DNA of 64,000 nucleotides, from NCBI GenBank assembly GCA_963816355.1, contig CAWFKH010000003.1:1568001-1632000 (forward strand). The letters are read 5' to 3'. Source of the stretch: an uncultured Gemmatimonadales bacterium. Its GTDB lineage: Bacteria > Gemmatimonadota > Gemmatimonadetes > Longimicrobiales > RSA9. Positions within the stretch are counted from its first letter, which is position 1. Each line of letters begins with the position of its first letter. Positions 1-12,469 of the stretch are shown one piece after another. Position numbers and translations under genes: made by a program. Below the pieces are notes generated by a model. That model worked only from the letters and a program-made list of their open reading frames with translations. It was not told the origin of the DNA and ran no database searches.

Positions 1-293
1 ACCGCGATCTCGCTGATCCGGTCGAGCGTCGAGTCGTAGAAAGCGCCGAACTTGCTGCCCAGCCCACTCAGCCGCGCGACGCGTCCGTCCAGGATGTCGA
101 AGAGCCCGCCCAGCAGCATCAGGAAGCCCGCCGAGCGGACGTGGTGTTCGTGGAAGAAGAGCGCGCTCGTCAGCGTTACGCCGACGCCCACGCTCGTCAG
201 CAGGTTCGGGTGCACCCGCCGGCGCACCAGGGCGTCCGTGAGCGGGTCGAGCGTTCGATACGCCCACCCCCGCAGCGACTCGAGTGACACCAA
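1..293 (-). CDS. CDP-alcohol phosphatidyltransferase (PgsA/PssA family), running off the window edge
   Basis: Manual translation gives ...FDILDGRVARLSGLGSKFGAFYDSTLDRISEIA, the family motif DG-x2-AR-x8-G-x3-D-x3-D. Start is TTG at 293 or GTG at 290. Not in the ORF track. Confidence 0.9.
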   Translation of the reverse strand, partial: MVSLESLRGWAYRTLDPLTDALVRRRVHPNLLTSVGVGVTLTSALFFHEHHVRSAGFLMLLGGLFDILDGRVARLSGLGSKFGAFYDSTLDRISEIA

Positions 294-302
294 GGCCGAA
301 CC

Positions 303-665
303 TCAGGAAGGCAGGATGATCCTCGACTGCGACCCCGACTCCATGCCCTTCGTGATCTCCTCGTTCACGCGCGCGAGCAGCTTCTCGAAATTGCTCTGCG
401 CCGCGATGAGACCCTGATACGCCGCGTGCGACTGCAGCTCCGCGAACCGCTCCTCGTACGCCTGCTGCGACGCCGCCTCCGGCGCCTCCCCCCGCTGCAG
501 CGCGCGGCCGATCTCCGCTTCCAGGTCCGCCAGTCCGTTGAGCAGCGTGACGACGTCGCGGTCCTCGTTCACCCGCTGCCGCGCACGCTTCAAGGCGGCG
601 TACTCGTCCGTCTGGCCGAGCATCCGACCGAGTTCCGCCGCCCTTTCCTGGATCCTCTCATTCAT
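303..665 (-). CDS. YlbF/YmcA (Com_YlbF) family helical regulator
   Basis: About 120 aa, all-helical pattern (A..LG..L.QTDEY..LK.A...V..D). Start trimmed to MNERIQ, which overlaps the prmC stop. Confidence 0.7.
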   Translation of the reverse strand: MNERIQERAAELGRMLGQTDEYAALKRARQRVNEDRDVVTLLNGLADLEAEIGRALQRGEAPEAASQQAYEERFAELQSHAAYQGLIAAQSNFEKLLARVNEEITKGMESGSQSRIILPS

Positions 666-1572
666 TCCGTCTCTCTTCCGATTTCGCAATACGCATCGTA
701 GCGAGCACCACTCGCTCCCGGCCCGTCAGGTCCGCGAGCACGCGCACGCTCCCGTACCCCCCGTGCCCGGCGATAGAGCCGGCGACGTCGCGCGCCTGCG
801 TCGCGCCGACCTCCAACGCGAGCAAGCCGCCCGGCCGCAGGTGCGAGGCGGCTCCCGCCACCAGGGCATCGATCACGTCGCGCCCGGCCCGCCCCGCGAA
901 CAGCGCCTGCTCCGGCTCCCACTCCCGCACCTCGGGCGCGAGCGCCTCCCGCTCCGCCTCCGCGATGTAGGGTGGATTCGAAACCACCGCGTCGAAGCGC
1001 TCGTCCGCTTCGAGGGGCTCGAAGAGCGCGCCTTGCCGCAGCTCGACCCACTCGTCCACGCCGCAGGCGGCGACGTTCTCCGCGGCGAGCGACAGCGCGT
1101 CGGCGGAATCGTCCGTGGCCACCACCGAGGCGAACCCGCCTTCCGCCACCAGCGATATCGCGATCGCGCCCGTGCCGGTTCCCACGTCCAGCGCGCGCAG
1201 CCCCTCCGCGTCCGCCGCATCCCTGACGGCGGCGGCGGCGCGCGCCCATTCCAGGACCGCCCCGACGAGGACCTCCGTCTCCGGCCGCGGAATCAGCGCC
1301 CGGCGGTCCACCTTCAACTTCACCTCGCGGAACTCCGCCTCCCCGACCACGTACTGGAGCGGCTCGCGGCGCAGGCGACGCCGCAGCGCGTCCCGATAGC
1401 GCTCCACTTCCGCCTCCGTGAGCGGCCGCTCGAACTGGAGATAGAGGTCGAGCCGACGGCAGCCGAGGACCGCGGCGAGCAGGAGCTCCGACTCAAGTCG
1501 CGCGTCTTCAACGCCCGCGCGCCCGAGCCGCTCCGCGGCGAGCCGGGAGAGCTCCAGCGGCGTGTGCTCCAC
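658..1572 (-). CDS. prmC: Release factor glutamine N5-methyltransferase
   Basis: EPLQYVVG, LIPRPETE, DVGTGTG and NPPY motifs; directly downstream of prfA. Confidence 0.97.
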   Translation of the reverse strand: MEHTPLELSRLAAERLGRAGVEDARLESELLLAAVLGCRRLDLYLQFERPLTEAEVERYRDALRRRLRREPLQYVVGEAEFREVKLKVDRRALIPRPETEVLVGAVLEWARAAAAVRDAADAEGLRALDVGTGTGAIAISLVAEGGFASVVATDDSADALSLAAENVAACGVDEWVELRQGALFEPLEADERFDAVVSNPPYIAEAEREALAPEVREWEPEQALFAGRAGRDVIDALVAGAASHLRPGGLLALEVGATQARDVAGSIAGHGGYGSVRVLADLTGRERVVLATMRIAKSEERRNE

Positions 1573-1574
1573 CC

Positions 1575-2654
1575 TCAGACGCTCGCCGCCGCTTCCAGCC
1601 GCTCCGCCTCGCGCGCCTCCTTCAACGCCCCGATCAGCTCGTCGAGGTCGCCATCGAGGATCGCGCCGAGGCGGTAGAGCGTCAGGTTGATGCGGTGGTC
1701 GGTGACGCGACCCTGCGGGAAATTGTACGTCCGGATCTTCGCCGAGCGGTCCCCCGTTCCCACCTGCATCCTCCGCTCCCTCGCGCGCGCCGCTTCGTGC
1801 TCGGCGATCTTCGCGTCGAGCAGCCGGCTGCGCAGCACGCGCAGCGCCTTCGACTTGTTCTTGTGCTGCGACTTGTCGTCCTGGCAGCTTACGACGATGC
1901 CCGTCGGCACGTGCGTCACGCGCACCGCCGAGTCGGTCGTGTTCACCGATTGGCCGCCCGGACCGGAGGAGCGGAAGACGTCGATGCGCAGATCCTCGTC
2001 ACGAATCTCGACATCCACGTCCTCCGCTTCCGGCAGCACGGCTACGGTCGCGGCAGACGTGTGGATCCGGCCCTGACTCTCCGTCTCCGGAACCCGCTGC
2101 ACCCGGTGTACTCCCGACTCGTGGCGCAGGTCGCCGAACGCATCGCGCCCGCTCACCATGAAGACGACCTCCTTGAAGCCCCCCATCTCCCCCTCCGAGA
2201 GCTCCATCGTCTCCACGTGCCAGCCCCGCTTCTCGGCATGCCGCGTGTACATGCGGTGGAGGTCCCCGGCGAAGAGCGCTGCCTCCGCTCCGCCCGTGCC
2301 CGCCCGGATCTCCACCACCGCCGCACGGTCGGCGAGCGGGTCACGCGGAATCAGACGACGTCGCAACTGCTCCGCAAGGCGCTCCTCCTCCTCCTCCAGC
2401 CGGGCCACCTCCGCGCGCGCCATCTCCACCAGCTCCGCGTCCTCGCCCGCCTCCAGCACCTCGTGCGCGCCGCTCAGCTCCTCGCGCACCGCGCTCAATC
2501 GGGCCGCCAGGTCCGCGGCGGGCGCCAGCTCCGAGTGCTCCTGCGCCACCCGCCGGAGCTCCGCAGGGTCACCGATCACCGCCGGATCCGCCAGCCTGCG
2601 GTTCAACTCCTCCTGCCGCCGCAGGATCTCGCGAAGGCGTTCCGCCGCTAGCAT
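1575..2654 (-). CDS. prfA: Peptide chain release factor 1
   Basis: GGQ motif, RF1-type PxT ([13 protein letters not shown]), [16 protein letters not shown]. Confidence 0.98.
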   Translation of the reverse strand: MLAAERLREILRRQEELNRRLADPAVIGDPAELRRVAQEHSELAPAADLAARLSAVREELSGAHEVLEAGEDAELVEMARAEVARLEEEEERLAEQLRRRLIPRDPLADRAAVVEIRAGTGGAEAALFAGDLHRMYTRHAEKRGWHVETMELSEGEMGGFKEVVFMVSGRDAFGDLRHESGVHRVQRVPETESQGRIHTSAATVAVLPEAEDVDVEIRDEDLRIDVFRSSGPGGQSVNTTDSAVRVTHVPTGIVVSCQDDKSQHKNKSKALRVLRSRLLDAKIAEHEAARARERRMQVGTGDRSAKIRTYNFPQGRVTDHRINLTLYRLGAILDGDLDELIGALKEAREAERLEAAASV

Positions 2655-2674
2655 GCCGCCCTTGCACCGTGGAC

Positions 2675-2710
2675 AAAGAAAGAGAGCCGGGGTCCGCCCC
2701 GGCTCTCTCT
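2675..2710 (-). terminator. Rho-independent terminator after rpmE
   Basis: Stem AGAGAGCCGGGG-N4-CCCCGGCTCTCT followed by TTCTTT on the minus strand. Confidence 0.75.
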
Positions 2711-2711
2711 C

Positions 2712-2930
2712 TCACGCCTCGCCACCGCCCTCGCCGGTTCCATACTTCTGTCGGAACCGTTCAACGCGTCCGGCCGTGTCGACGATGCGCTGCTTGCCCG
2801 TGAAGAACGGATGACACACCGAGCAGATCTCGACGTGGATGTCCTCCTCGGTGCTGCGCGTCTCGAACGTGTTGCCGCACGCGCAGTGGACCGTAGCCGT
2901 CTGATACTCCGGATGAATCCCCTGCTTCAT
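2712..2930 (-). CDS. rpmE: 50S ribosomal protein L31 (zinc-binding type)
   Basis: MKQGIHPEY...CACG...[13 protein letters not shown]...GRVERF. Confidence 0.98.
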   Translation of the reverse strand: MKQGIHPEYQTATVHCACGNTFETRSTEEDIHVEICSVCHPFFTGKQRIVDTAGRVERFRQKYGTGEGGGEA

Positions 2931-2984
2931 GGCCACAACCCCGTGCGAAAAAAAGAACGGCCCTCGCGGGCCTCAAACTGGTGG

Positions 2985-3013
2985 AGTATAGCGAGATAGC
3001 CCCGGAAGAGCAA
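2985..3013 (-). promoter_or_regulatory. Sigma70-type promoter for rpmE
   Basis: TTGCTC-N17-TATACT on the minus strand, about 55 nt upstream of the ATG. Confidence 0.65.
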
Positions 3014-3014
3014 G

Positions 3015-3076
3015 CCCGCGCGATGCCCGGTAGCGGGTCCCGCGCGATGCCCGGTAGCGGGTCCCGCTCGATGCCC
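3015..3076. repeat. 24-bp tandem repeat, about 2.6 copies
   Basis: CCCGCGCGATGCCCGGTAGCGGGT twice, then the partial CCCGCTCGATGCCC; intergenic. Confidence 0.9.
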
Positions 3077-3132
3077 TCGAGCCGCCCGCAGACGCCCCCC
3101 GCCACGCCCGAACCACACCGGCCACACCGGCC

Positions 3133-4209
3133 TCAGGCGCCGGTCACCACCTCCACGCCGTCCCGCGCGGAGCGGTACGCCGCCGTGATCAGTTCCATGA
3201 GACGGACCTGCTCCTCCGGCAGCGGCGCGACGCGCGTACCCGCCATGACGCCCGCGAAATGGTCGAGCTGGTCCCGGTAGGTGCCGGTGTAAACGTTGGT
3301 GCGACCCGCCTCGAGCTGCGGTGTGACGTCGAGCAGCCCGTGCTCGACCTCCTTGTGGACGGCGAGCGGGGACAGCGAAGCGGAGCCACGCGAGCCGAGC
3401 AGGTGCAGGTACTGGCGGTCGCGCGCCGCGAGGAGGCTCCACGTCGCTTCGACCGACACGACGCAGCCACCCTCCAGCTCGACGAGCAGCGCCGCCGCGT
3501 CCTCTACCTCCATCCCCTCGCCGGGATGCGTGTGGCAGACGATGCGGCGGGGGGCCGGGTAGCCGAGCACCCAGAGCGCGAGATCGAGCATCTGCAGCCC
3601 GAGATCCATCAGCGCGCCGCCCCCGGACGTCGCCAACCGGTGCCGCCACGTGGGACGGATGACGCGCACCTTGCGGTTCATCTGCCCGCTCTTGACGAGG
3701 AACAGCTCGCCCAGCTCGCCGTTGCCGGCGAACACCTTGAGCGCGCGGCAGTCCGCACGGTAGCGGTTGTTGAGCGCGACCATCACGGAGCGGTCCGCCA
3801 CCTCGGCGGCCCGCAGCACGCGCTCGACGCCGGCCGGCGTGAGGGCGAGCGGCTTCTCGACCAGTACGTGCTTGCCGGCGTCGAGCCCCGCGATCACCTG
3901 CTCCTCGTGCAGGTGGCTCGGCGAGCAGATGATGATCCCATCCACGTCCGGATCGTCGAAGACGTCGGCGTCGCTCTCGTAGACGCGCGGGATGCCGAAG
4001 CGAGCGGCGATGGCGCGCGCCTTCTGACGGTCGATGTCGCACACGCCGTGGACGCTCACGCCCGGCATCTGACTGAGGGTGGGCAGGTGCACGACCTGCG
4101 CGATGGCGCCGGTTCCGAGCACGGCGAGGCGCACCGCGTCGGCGTCCTTGGCACCGGCTTCAGGCGGCGCGCCGTCGGGCGCACCGGCGAGCGGCGCGTC
4201 GGCGCTCAC
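3133..4209 (-). CDS. Gfo/Idh/MocA family oxidoreductase
   Basis: GTGAIA Rossmann motif, HVLVEKP, GGGALMDLG. Confidence 0.92.
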   Translation of the reverse strand: MSADAPLAGAPDGAPPEAGAKDADAVRLAVLGTGAIAQVVHLPTLSQMPGVSVHGVCDIDRQKARAIAARFGIPRVYESDADVFDDPDVDGIIICSPSHLHEEQVIAGLDAGKHVLVEKPLALTPAGVERVLRAAEVADRSVMVALNNRYRADCRALKVFAGNGELGELFLVKSGQMNRKVRVIRPTWRHRLATSGGGALMDLGLQMLDLALWVLGYPAPRRIVCHTHPGEGMEVEDAAALLVELEGGCVVSVEATWSLLAARDRQYLHLLGSRGSASLSPLAVHKEVEHGLLDVTPQLEAGRTNVYTGTYRDQLDHFAGVMAGTRVAPLPEEQVRLMELITAAYRSARDGVEVVTGA

Positions 4210-4928
4210 CGGTGCGTCCCCGCGGCGGCGCCGCCCGAGCCGCTCGTGCCGCGCGGAGGCAGCATCAGCGTGAATCCCACGCGAACGCCCGGATAGTGGA
4301 GGTCGGTCATCAGCGTGTAGTCCGCCTCGGCCGAGAGCCGCAGCCGCTCGATCAAGGGGTATTCGAGCCCCACGACGGCTCCGGCGGAGGGCGAGATCGA
4401 GTCGAGCAGGTCCTCGACGAAGGTGTTGTCGATCGCCGGTCCCTGGCCGTTGAGCGCGTGCAGCCCGAGCCGCAGCCCGACGTAGGGATAGAGCTCGACC
4501 GGCGTGCGCCAGACGTAGTCGGCGGCGACGTCGAGGTTGAGGTCGCTCCAGTCGATCGGGGCCAGCTCCTCGCCGCTCACGCTCACGCCGCGTCCCTGCA
4601 GCGCCGGCAGCCTGTCGAGCTGGCGCGCGAGCCGGTCGAGCTCGCCCGGCTTCATCCGCGAGCTCCAGTATCCGATGCCGGCCGCGATCCGCACGCCGGG
4701 TCCGAGGAACCCCAGGTCGAGCGTCAGGTGATAGCTGTTGGTCGCCTCGACCTTGCTCGGCCAGACGTAGCCGAGGTCCACGCCGACGCCGCGGAACGTC
4801 AGGTTCTCGTAGTCGTAGTCCGCGAGCCCCTGCGCTCGCGCGGGCGTCGCGCCGCCGAGCGTCAGCACCGAGGACGCGAGCACGAGAACGAGCGCGCGCG
4901 TTGCAAGGCCGATCCCCTCTCCCCTCAC
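4206..4928 (-). CDS. Hypothetical exported protein, probable small outer-membrane beta-barrel
   Basis: Signal peptide ending ARA-Q, alternating amphipathic strands (LYPYVGLRLGLH, GVRVGFTL); GTGA overlap with the downstream gene. Confidence 0.6.
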   Translation of the reverse strand: MRGEGIGLATRALVLVLASSVLTLGGATPARAQGLADYDYENLTFRGVGVDLGYVWPSKVEATNSYHLTLDLGFLGPGVRIAAGIGYWSSRMKPGELDRLARQLDRLPALQGRGVSVSGEELAPIDWSDLNLDVAADYVWRTPVELYPYVGLRLGLHALNGQGPAIDNTFVEDLLDSISPSAGAVVGLEYPLIERLRLSAEADYTLMTDLHYPGVRVGFTLMLPPRGTSGSGGAAAGTHR

Positions 4929-4943
4929 GAGTCCCCCGGGCTT

Positions 4944-6248
4944 TCAGTAGAGTCGCGTGATGTCTGTTCCGGTATAGTACGCACGCAGGATCTCATGGTA
5001 GTCCTGCCCCGCCTTCGCCCGCCCGATCGCGCCCATCTGGCACATGCCGATGCCGTGACCCCAGCCGTGCCCGTCGACGCTCAGCCGCCGCACCCCCCCG
5101 TCCGAGCGCTCCTGCCGCAGGTCGAACAGGATGCTGTTCAGGATCCTGCCCTCTTCCGGCCTCAGGATCCAGCGGATGGAGTCGCCGTGGATCCGGTAGT
5201 GTCTGCCGCCCGCGTCGATGCCCAGCACGGCGACGCGCCCGGACGTGGTGCGCTCCTCGACGCTCAGCCGCTGGATCGCGCCCAGTTGCGCGGCCGGAAC
5301 GCGGAAGAACTGCGCCAGCATCTTCCCGACGATACGTTGCAGCGCCGCCCCCGTCCACTCCTCGTGCCAGTCGAAGCGGCTGGAGATGTCGCAGTAGTAC
5401 CCGCTGCCATCCGGCCTGGCGTCCGAGACCGACCGCAGGTACGGCTGCGGCGGGCGGTCCCACACTTCGTCGATCGCCGCCGTGTGGCCGCCGCACGTCG
5501 AGTGGTAGTAGGCGAGGATCGGGGCGCCGCCGTAGGTGACGATCTCCCCGCGCGTCTCGCGCACCGCGCGCGCCGCCATCGTGTCCTCGCGCGCGACCCC
5601 GCCGTACACCTGGTCGGCCACCGTCGCGTAGAAATCGAAGCCGAGCGTGGAGCGGCTGCCCATGTTGCCGACGGCATAGGTCCGCGCGGCGACCGCCTGC
5701 GCCTTCACCGCCTCCAGGGCGAGCGAGGGGATCTCGGACGGCACGACGCCGAGCAGATAGCCCTCCAGGTCGACCACGTTGACCGCCGACACGCGGCCGG
5801 AGTCCCGCGGCACGATCAGCGCCGTGCCGCGGTAGGGGCGCTCGCCCAGGCGCACGTGACCGCCGGCCGCCGGCCGCAGCACCAGCGGCCCCGCGACCGG
5901 TCCAACCTCGCGCCCGGCGTGGGAGCGACCGACGATGCGCCCCTCCGCGTCCTCCGTGAACACCCACCGCTCGCCGGCGGCCGATTCGCCGACCTCGCGG
6001 CCGTCGGCGGTCAACTGGAACGCGACGTCGGCCGTCGCCTCGATCGCGGTCGTATCCACCATGATCCCCACCCGCACCTGCGGCTCCTCGGCCGGCAGTG
6101 CCGGCGCCGACGGAACGCCGACGACCGGTCCGCCGGCCGGTCCGCCGGGCGGCGCCCGGTGCGCCGGACCCGCCGGGGCGCACGCGGCGAGGAGCAGCGC
6201 CAGCGCCGGCGGAGCGCCCCACGCCCCGCGTCGCCCGCGCCGGCTCAC
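4944..6248 (-). CDS. SpoIID/LytB-domain lytic transglycosylase, lipoprotein
   Basis: [49 protein letters not shown]; lipobox LAAC; GTG start overlaps the hemL stop. Confidence 0.92.
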   Translation of the reverse strand: MSRRGRRGAWGAPPALALLLAACAPAGPAHRAPPGGPAGGPVVGVPSAPALPAEEPQVRVGIMVDTTAIEATADVAFQLTADGREVGESAAGERWVFTEDAEGRIVGRSHAGREVGPVAGPLVLRPAAGGHVRLGERPYRGTALIVPRDSGRVSAVNVVDLEGYLLGVVPSEIPSLALEAVKAQAVAARTYAVGNMGSRSTLGFDFYATVADQVYGGVAREDTMAARAVRETRGEIVTYGGAPILAYYHSTCGGHTAAIDEVWDRPPQPYLRSVSDARPDGSGYYCDISSRFDWHEEWTGAALQRIVGKMLAQFFRVPAAQLGAIQRLSVEERTTSGRVAVLGIDAGGRHYRIHGDSIRWILRPEEGRILNSILFDLRQERSDGGVRRLSVDGHGWGHGIGMCQMGAIGRAKAGQDYHEILRAYYTGTDITRLY

Positions 6249-7540
6249 CCGGCGGCCTCCGCGATCGCGAAGGCGACCGCGTCGAGGGTCGCATCGACGT
6301 CCGCCTCGTCGTGCGCGACGGAGAGGAAGGACGCCTCGAACGGAGAGGGCGGGAGGAAGACGCCGCGATCGAGGCAAGCGTGGAAGAAGCGGCCGAAGAA
6401 CGCGCGGTCCGTGCCCTGCGCGTCCTCGAAGCGGCGAACGGGGCCGGGAACGAAGTGGAAGCCCCACATCGCGCCCGCCGCGCCGCCGCTCACATCGACG
6501 TCGTACTCGCGTGCGTGATCGCGGATTCCGGACACGAGCCGGAGCGCCAGTCGCTCGAGCGCGTCGTGCGGCCGCAGCTCGCGCAGCGAGAGGAGCTGCG
6601 CCAGGCCGGCCGCCATCGCGAGCGGATTGCCCGACAGCGTACCCGCCTGGTAGACCGGCCCCTCCGGCGCCACTTCGGCCATCAGGTCCGCGCGGCCGCC
6701 GTACGCGCCCACCGGCAGTCCGCCGCCGATCACCTTCCCCAGCGTGGTGAGGTCGGGCGTGATTGCGAAGCGCGCCTGCGCCCCCCCGAGCGCGACACGG
6801 AAGCCGGTCATCACCTCGTCGAAGATCAGGAGCGCGCCCGCGCCGGATGTGATGCGGCGCAGCGCCTCGAGGAAGCCCGGCTCCGGCACGATGAAGCCGG
6901 CGTTGCCGACGACCGGCTCGAGAATGACGCAGGCGATGCGATCGCCACGCTCCGCGAACGCCGCCTCCACGGCGCCGACGTCGTTGTACGGCACGCTCAA
7001 CGTGAGACGCGCGAGCTCCGCCGGCACCCCGGGCGAGTCCGGCAGCCCCAGCGTCGCCACGCCGCTGCCCGCGTGTACGAGGAAGCCGTCCGCGTGCCCG
7101 TGATAGCAGCCGTTGAACTTGAGGATCAGGTCGCGGCCGGTCACCGCCCGCGCCAGCCGCACGGCCGCCATCGTCGCCTCGGTCCCGCTGCTGACGAAGC
7201 GCACCCGCTCCATCGAGGGGACGAGCTCCGAGATCAGCTCCGCCAGCGCCACCTCGCCGCCGCACGGCGCGCCGTAGCTCGTGCCCCGCTGCACCGCCTC
7301 CTGCACCGCCGTCGCAACCGAGCCGTGGGCGTGGCCGAGGATCACCGCCCCCCAGCTCATCACGTAATCGATGTAGCGGTTGCCATCGACATCCCACAGG
7401 TACGCGCCCTGCGCCCGATCGACGAAGAACGGTGTCCCCCCGACCGACCGGAAGGCACGCACCGGCGAGCTGACCCCACCCGGCATCAGGGCTCGCGCGC
7501 GCTCGAACAGCGCCTCGCTCCGCTCCGTCGTGCGCGTCAC
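6245..7540 (-). CDS. hemL: Glutamate-1-semialdehyde 2,1-aminomutase
   Basis: [40 protein letters not shown]. Confidence 0.98.
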   Translation of the reverse strand: MTRTTERSEALFERARALMPGGVSSPVRAFRSVGGTPFFVDRAQGAYLWDVDGNRYIDYVMSWGAVILGHAHGSVATAVQEAVQRGTSYGAPCGGEVALAELISELVPSMERVRFVSSGTEATMAAVRLARAVTGRDLILKFNGCYHGHADGFLVHAGSGVATLGLPDSPGVPAELARLTLSVPYNDVGAVEAAFAERGDRIACVILEPVVGNAGFIVPEPGFLEALRRITSGAGALLIFDEVMTGFRVALGGAQARFAITPDLTTLGKVIGGGLPVGAYGGRADLMAEVAPEGPVYQAGTLSGNPLAMAAGLAQLLSLRELRPHDALERLALRLVSGIRDHAREYDVDVSGGAAGAMWGFHFVPGPVRRFEDAQGTDRAFFGRFFHACLDRGVFLPPSPFEASFLSVAHDEADVDATLDAVAFAIAEAAG

Positions 7541-7541
7541 C

Positions 7542-9089
7542 TCAGTGCTCCTCTCCGCCGGCCGAGCCCCCTGCGACGACGCCCTCCAGATCGTGCTCGC
7601 CCGCGCCGGTGACGCGCACCCGCAGGCGGTCGCCCGGCCGCGCCTGCGCCGCGCCCGTGATCTCGACCACTCCGTCCACTTCCGGCGCCTGCGCCCGCGT
7701 GCGCCCGACCGCGGGTGTTCCGTCCGCTCCCGCCGCGCGATCGACCAGCACCGTCGTCTCGCGCCCGATCCACGCTTCGTTCGCGGCGAGCGAGATCCCC
7801 CGCTGGATCTCCAGCAGCCGCTCCAGCCGCTCCCGGCGCTCCGCCTCCGGCACCGGATCCGACATCTCTGCCGCAGGCGTCCCCGCCTCCGGCGAATACG
7901 GAAAGGCTCCGAGGTGGTCGAAGCGGATCTCCTCGAGCAGATCCAGCATCGCCTCGAAATCCTCCTCGCTCTCGCCGGGGAAGCCGACGATCACCGTCGT
8001 GCGGAGCGCGACGTGGGGGATCGCCTCGCGCAGCGCCGCGACCCGCTCGCGGATGGTGCGCGCGCGCTCCGGCCGCCGCATCCGCCGCAACACCGCGTCC
8101 GAGCCGTGCTGGATCGGCATGTCCAGGTACGGCACGATGCGCGGCTCGCGCGCCATGAGCGCCACCAGCTCCGGCGTGATCCCCGACGGATACATGTAGA
8201 AGAGGCGCAGCCACGGGATCGCCGTGCCCTCGAGCAACGCCTCCAGCAGCGCCGGCAGCGCGCCCCCGCGTGGGGGGCGCCAACCGTGAAGCGGGCCGGC
8301 GGCGCCCGCCGCCCCACGCGCGGCCGGCCGCGGCCCGGCGAGCCGGTCGAAGGGACGCCCGATGAAGTAGCCGCCGTCGTCCGCCGGAATTCCGTTCCTC
8401 CAGTCCCGGCCGTACCACGTCGTGTCCTGGCTGACGATGTTGAGCTCGACGACGCCGCGCACCTCCAGCTCCGTCGCCTCCCGGACGAGCACGTCGATCG
8501 GCGTCGAGCGGAAGCGGCCTCGCATCAGCGGGATCGCGCAGAAGGCGCAGGTGTGATCGCAGCCTTCGCTGATCTTGAGGAAGCTCGAGTGGCGGTGGGC
8601 GCTCGCCAGCGCGCGCAGCGGCCGCTCCATGTTCGGAACCGATTCCGCGAGCAGGCCGCGTCGTCGCAGCTCCGGCAGCAGGCGGTCCGTCTCGGTCAGG
8701 CCGAGGAAGAGGTCGACCTCCGGCAGCTCGGCCGCCAGCTCGTCCTTGTGGCGCTGCACGAGACAGCCGATCGCCACCACCGCGGCGACGCGTCCATCGT
8801 CCTTGAGCCGCGCCGCCTCGAGCAGCGTCTCGATCGACTCCTCCCGCGCCGCCTCGATGAAGCCGCACGTGTTGACCACGACGACGTCCGCCGACGCCGC
8901 GTCCGGCGCCACGGCCACCCCGGCGCCGAGCAGCGCGCCGAGGATCCGCTCACTGTCCACCGTGTTCTTGTCGCAACCGAGCGTCACCAGGGCCACGCGC
9001 GGGCCGCCGGGATCGGCGCCGACGGCCGCGGCGGTCGATCGCGCCGGGAGGACCGGCAGCGAGATCCGCTTGCGGGTGCTCGTCGCCAT
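7542..9089 (-). CDS. rimO: Ribosomal protein S12 methylthiotransferase (radical SAM, TRAM domain)
   Basis: [47 protein letters not shown]. Confidence 0.93.
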   Translation of the reverse strand: MATSTRKRISLPVLPARSTAAAVGADPGGPRVALVTLGCDKNTVDSERILGALLGAGVAVAPDAASADVVVVNTCGFIEAAREESIETLLEAARLKDDGRVAAVVAIGCLVQRHKDELAAELPEVDLFLGLTETDRLLPELRRRGLLAESVPNMERPLRALASAHRHSSFLKISEGCDHTCAFCAIPLMRGRFRSTPIDVLVREATELEVRGVVELNIVSQDTTWYGRDWRNGIPADDGGYFIGRPFDRLAGPRPAARGAAGAAGPLHGWRPPRGGALPALLEALLEGTAIPWLRLFYMYPSGITPELVALMAREPRIVPYLDMPIQHGSDAVLRRMRRPERARTIRERVAALREAIPHVALRTTVIVGFPGESEEDFEAMLDLLEEIRFDHLGAFPYSPEAGTPAAEMSDPVPEAERRERLERLLEIQRGISLAANEAWIGRETTVLVDRAAGADGTPAVGRTRAQAPEVDGVVEITGAAQARPGDRLRVRVTGAGEHDLEGVVAGGSAGGEEH

Positions 9090-9094
9090 CGGCC

Positions 9095-10111
9095 TCAACC
9101 GCGGTCGACGATGGTCGCGCCGGGCGGCGGCTCGAAGTGGAAGAGCGAGTCCGGCAGCGTCGGATTCACGCGCAGGTCGCTCAGCTCGAAGCGCCGTACA
9201 GCGCCGCTGTCGTCCGTGATCTCGAACCGACGAACGAGGCCGTCACGCTCGTCCACCCAGACGCGCAACTGACGGTACTGTGCCGGCTCGCGCGGCGTGA
9301 GCACGAGCACCGTCGCGGTGCGACCACCCACCGTCTCGCTCCCCTCCAGACGGGCGGCGAAGCGGCGCAGCGGGTCGCCCAGGAACTGCGCCTGCAGGTC
9401 CAGCCCCCCCGCACCGGCGCCACCGGCGGCCCGGATCACCTGGCTCGAGTCGACGCTCGGATAGTAGACCCACAACGTGCGCCCGTCGCTCACGATCACG
9501 TCCCCGGCCGGCTGGCTGAACCGCATCAGGAAACGTCCCGGCCGCCGCTCGTACAGCGTGCCGCGGCTCGTGGTCGTCGCGTTGAGCAGCGGGTTCTCGA
9601 GCCGCTGCACGAACGTGGCGCGCAGCGAACGGACGAGGTCGTAGGCCGCAGCGGCCCGTCGCAGCACCGCCTCCGCTTTCGGATCGCCCGCCGCGCTCGC
9701 GGCCGGCCCGTCCGCTCCAGCCCGCTCGGCCGCCGGGGCGCCGTCTTCGGCGCGGCCAGGGGCCGCTCGCCGAGCGTCGTTCCCGCCCGAGGCTCCCCCT
9801 TCGCCGGGCACGGCCGCGGCCGGCGGCGAATCCGCCGCTCCGATCGCCCGCGCCCCCCCCGCGGCGCCGCCGCCCGACCCGTCCGTGCGCGCGTCGGCGG
9901 GCGCGGCCGGGTCGTCCGCAAACGCGCCCTCCAGCGCGGCGGAGGCGTCGCCGCGGCCCGGACCCGCGACGACCGTGGAGTGACCGCCGGCGCGCGCTGT
10001 GCCGCTGGCGCCATCCTCCGGCGCCGCGGAGCGCCCGAAGTGGCCGCGGGCGCCCAGCGCGACAACGGCTGCGACGCCCGCGAAAGCCAGAGCGATCAGT
10101 ATCTTACGCAT
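9095..10111 (-). CDS. lolA: LolA-family lipoprotein carrier with long low-complexity N-terminal linker
   Basis: SLRATFVQ...RPGRFLMRF..PAGDVIVSDGRTLWVY...FHFEPPPGA; ftsK-lolA synteny. Confidence 0.85.
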   Translation of the reverse strand: MRKILIALAFAGVAAVVALGARGHFGRSAAPEDGASGTARAGGHSTVVAGPGRGDASAALEGAFADDPAAPADARTDGSGGGAAGGARAIGAADSPPAAAVPGEGGASGGNDARRAAPGRAEDGAPAAERAGADGPAASAAGDPKAEAVLRRAAAAYDLVRSLRATFVQRLENPLLNATTTSRGTLYERRPGRFLMRFSQPAGDVIVSDGRTLWVYYPSVDSSQVIRAAGGAGAGGLDLQAQFLGDPLRRFAARLEGSETVGGRTATVLVLTPREPAQYRQLRVWVDERDGLVRRFEITDDSGAVRRFELSDLRVNPTLPDSLFHFEPPPGATIVDRG

Positions 10112-10179
10112 TTCTCGGCGTGGTTCTCATCGGACCCGCTGCTACCCGGTCCGCCGGAGGATCGTTCCGGAGCGACCGC

Positions 10180-12447
<2,268 letters not shown>

Positions 12448-12469
12448 CCGGTGCTCCGAGTGAAGCCGA

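Noticed and set aside
4944..6248. Evidence of sporulation
   Set aside because: SpoIID/LytB domains are widespread in non-sporulating diderms, and no other spo genes are present.
4212..6518. Long plus-strand ORFs (this 768-aa one, and 21478-24252, 23721-26606, 44060-46306 and others)
   Set aside because: They are antisense shadows of well-supported minus-strand genes, Arg-rich, without motifs, and expected at this GC content.
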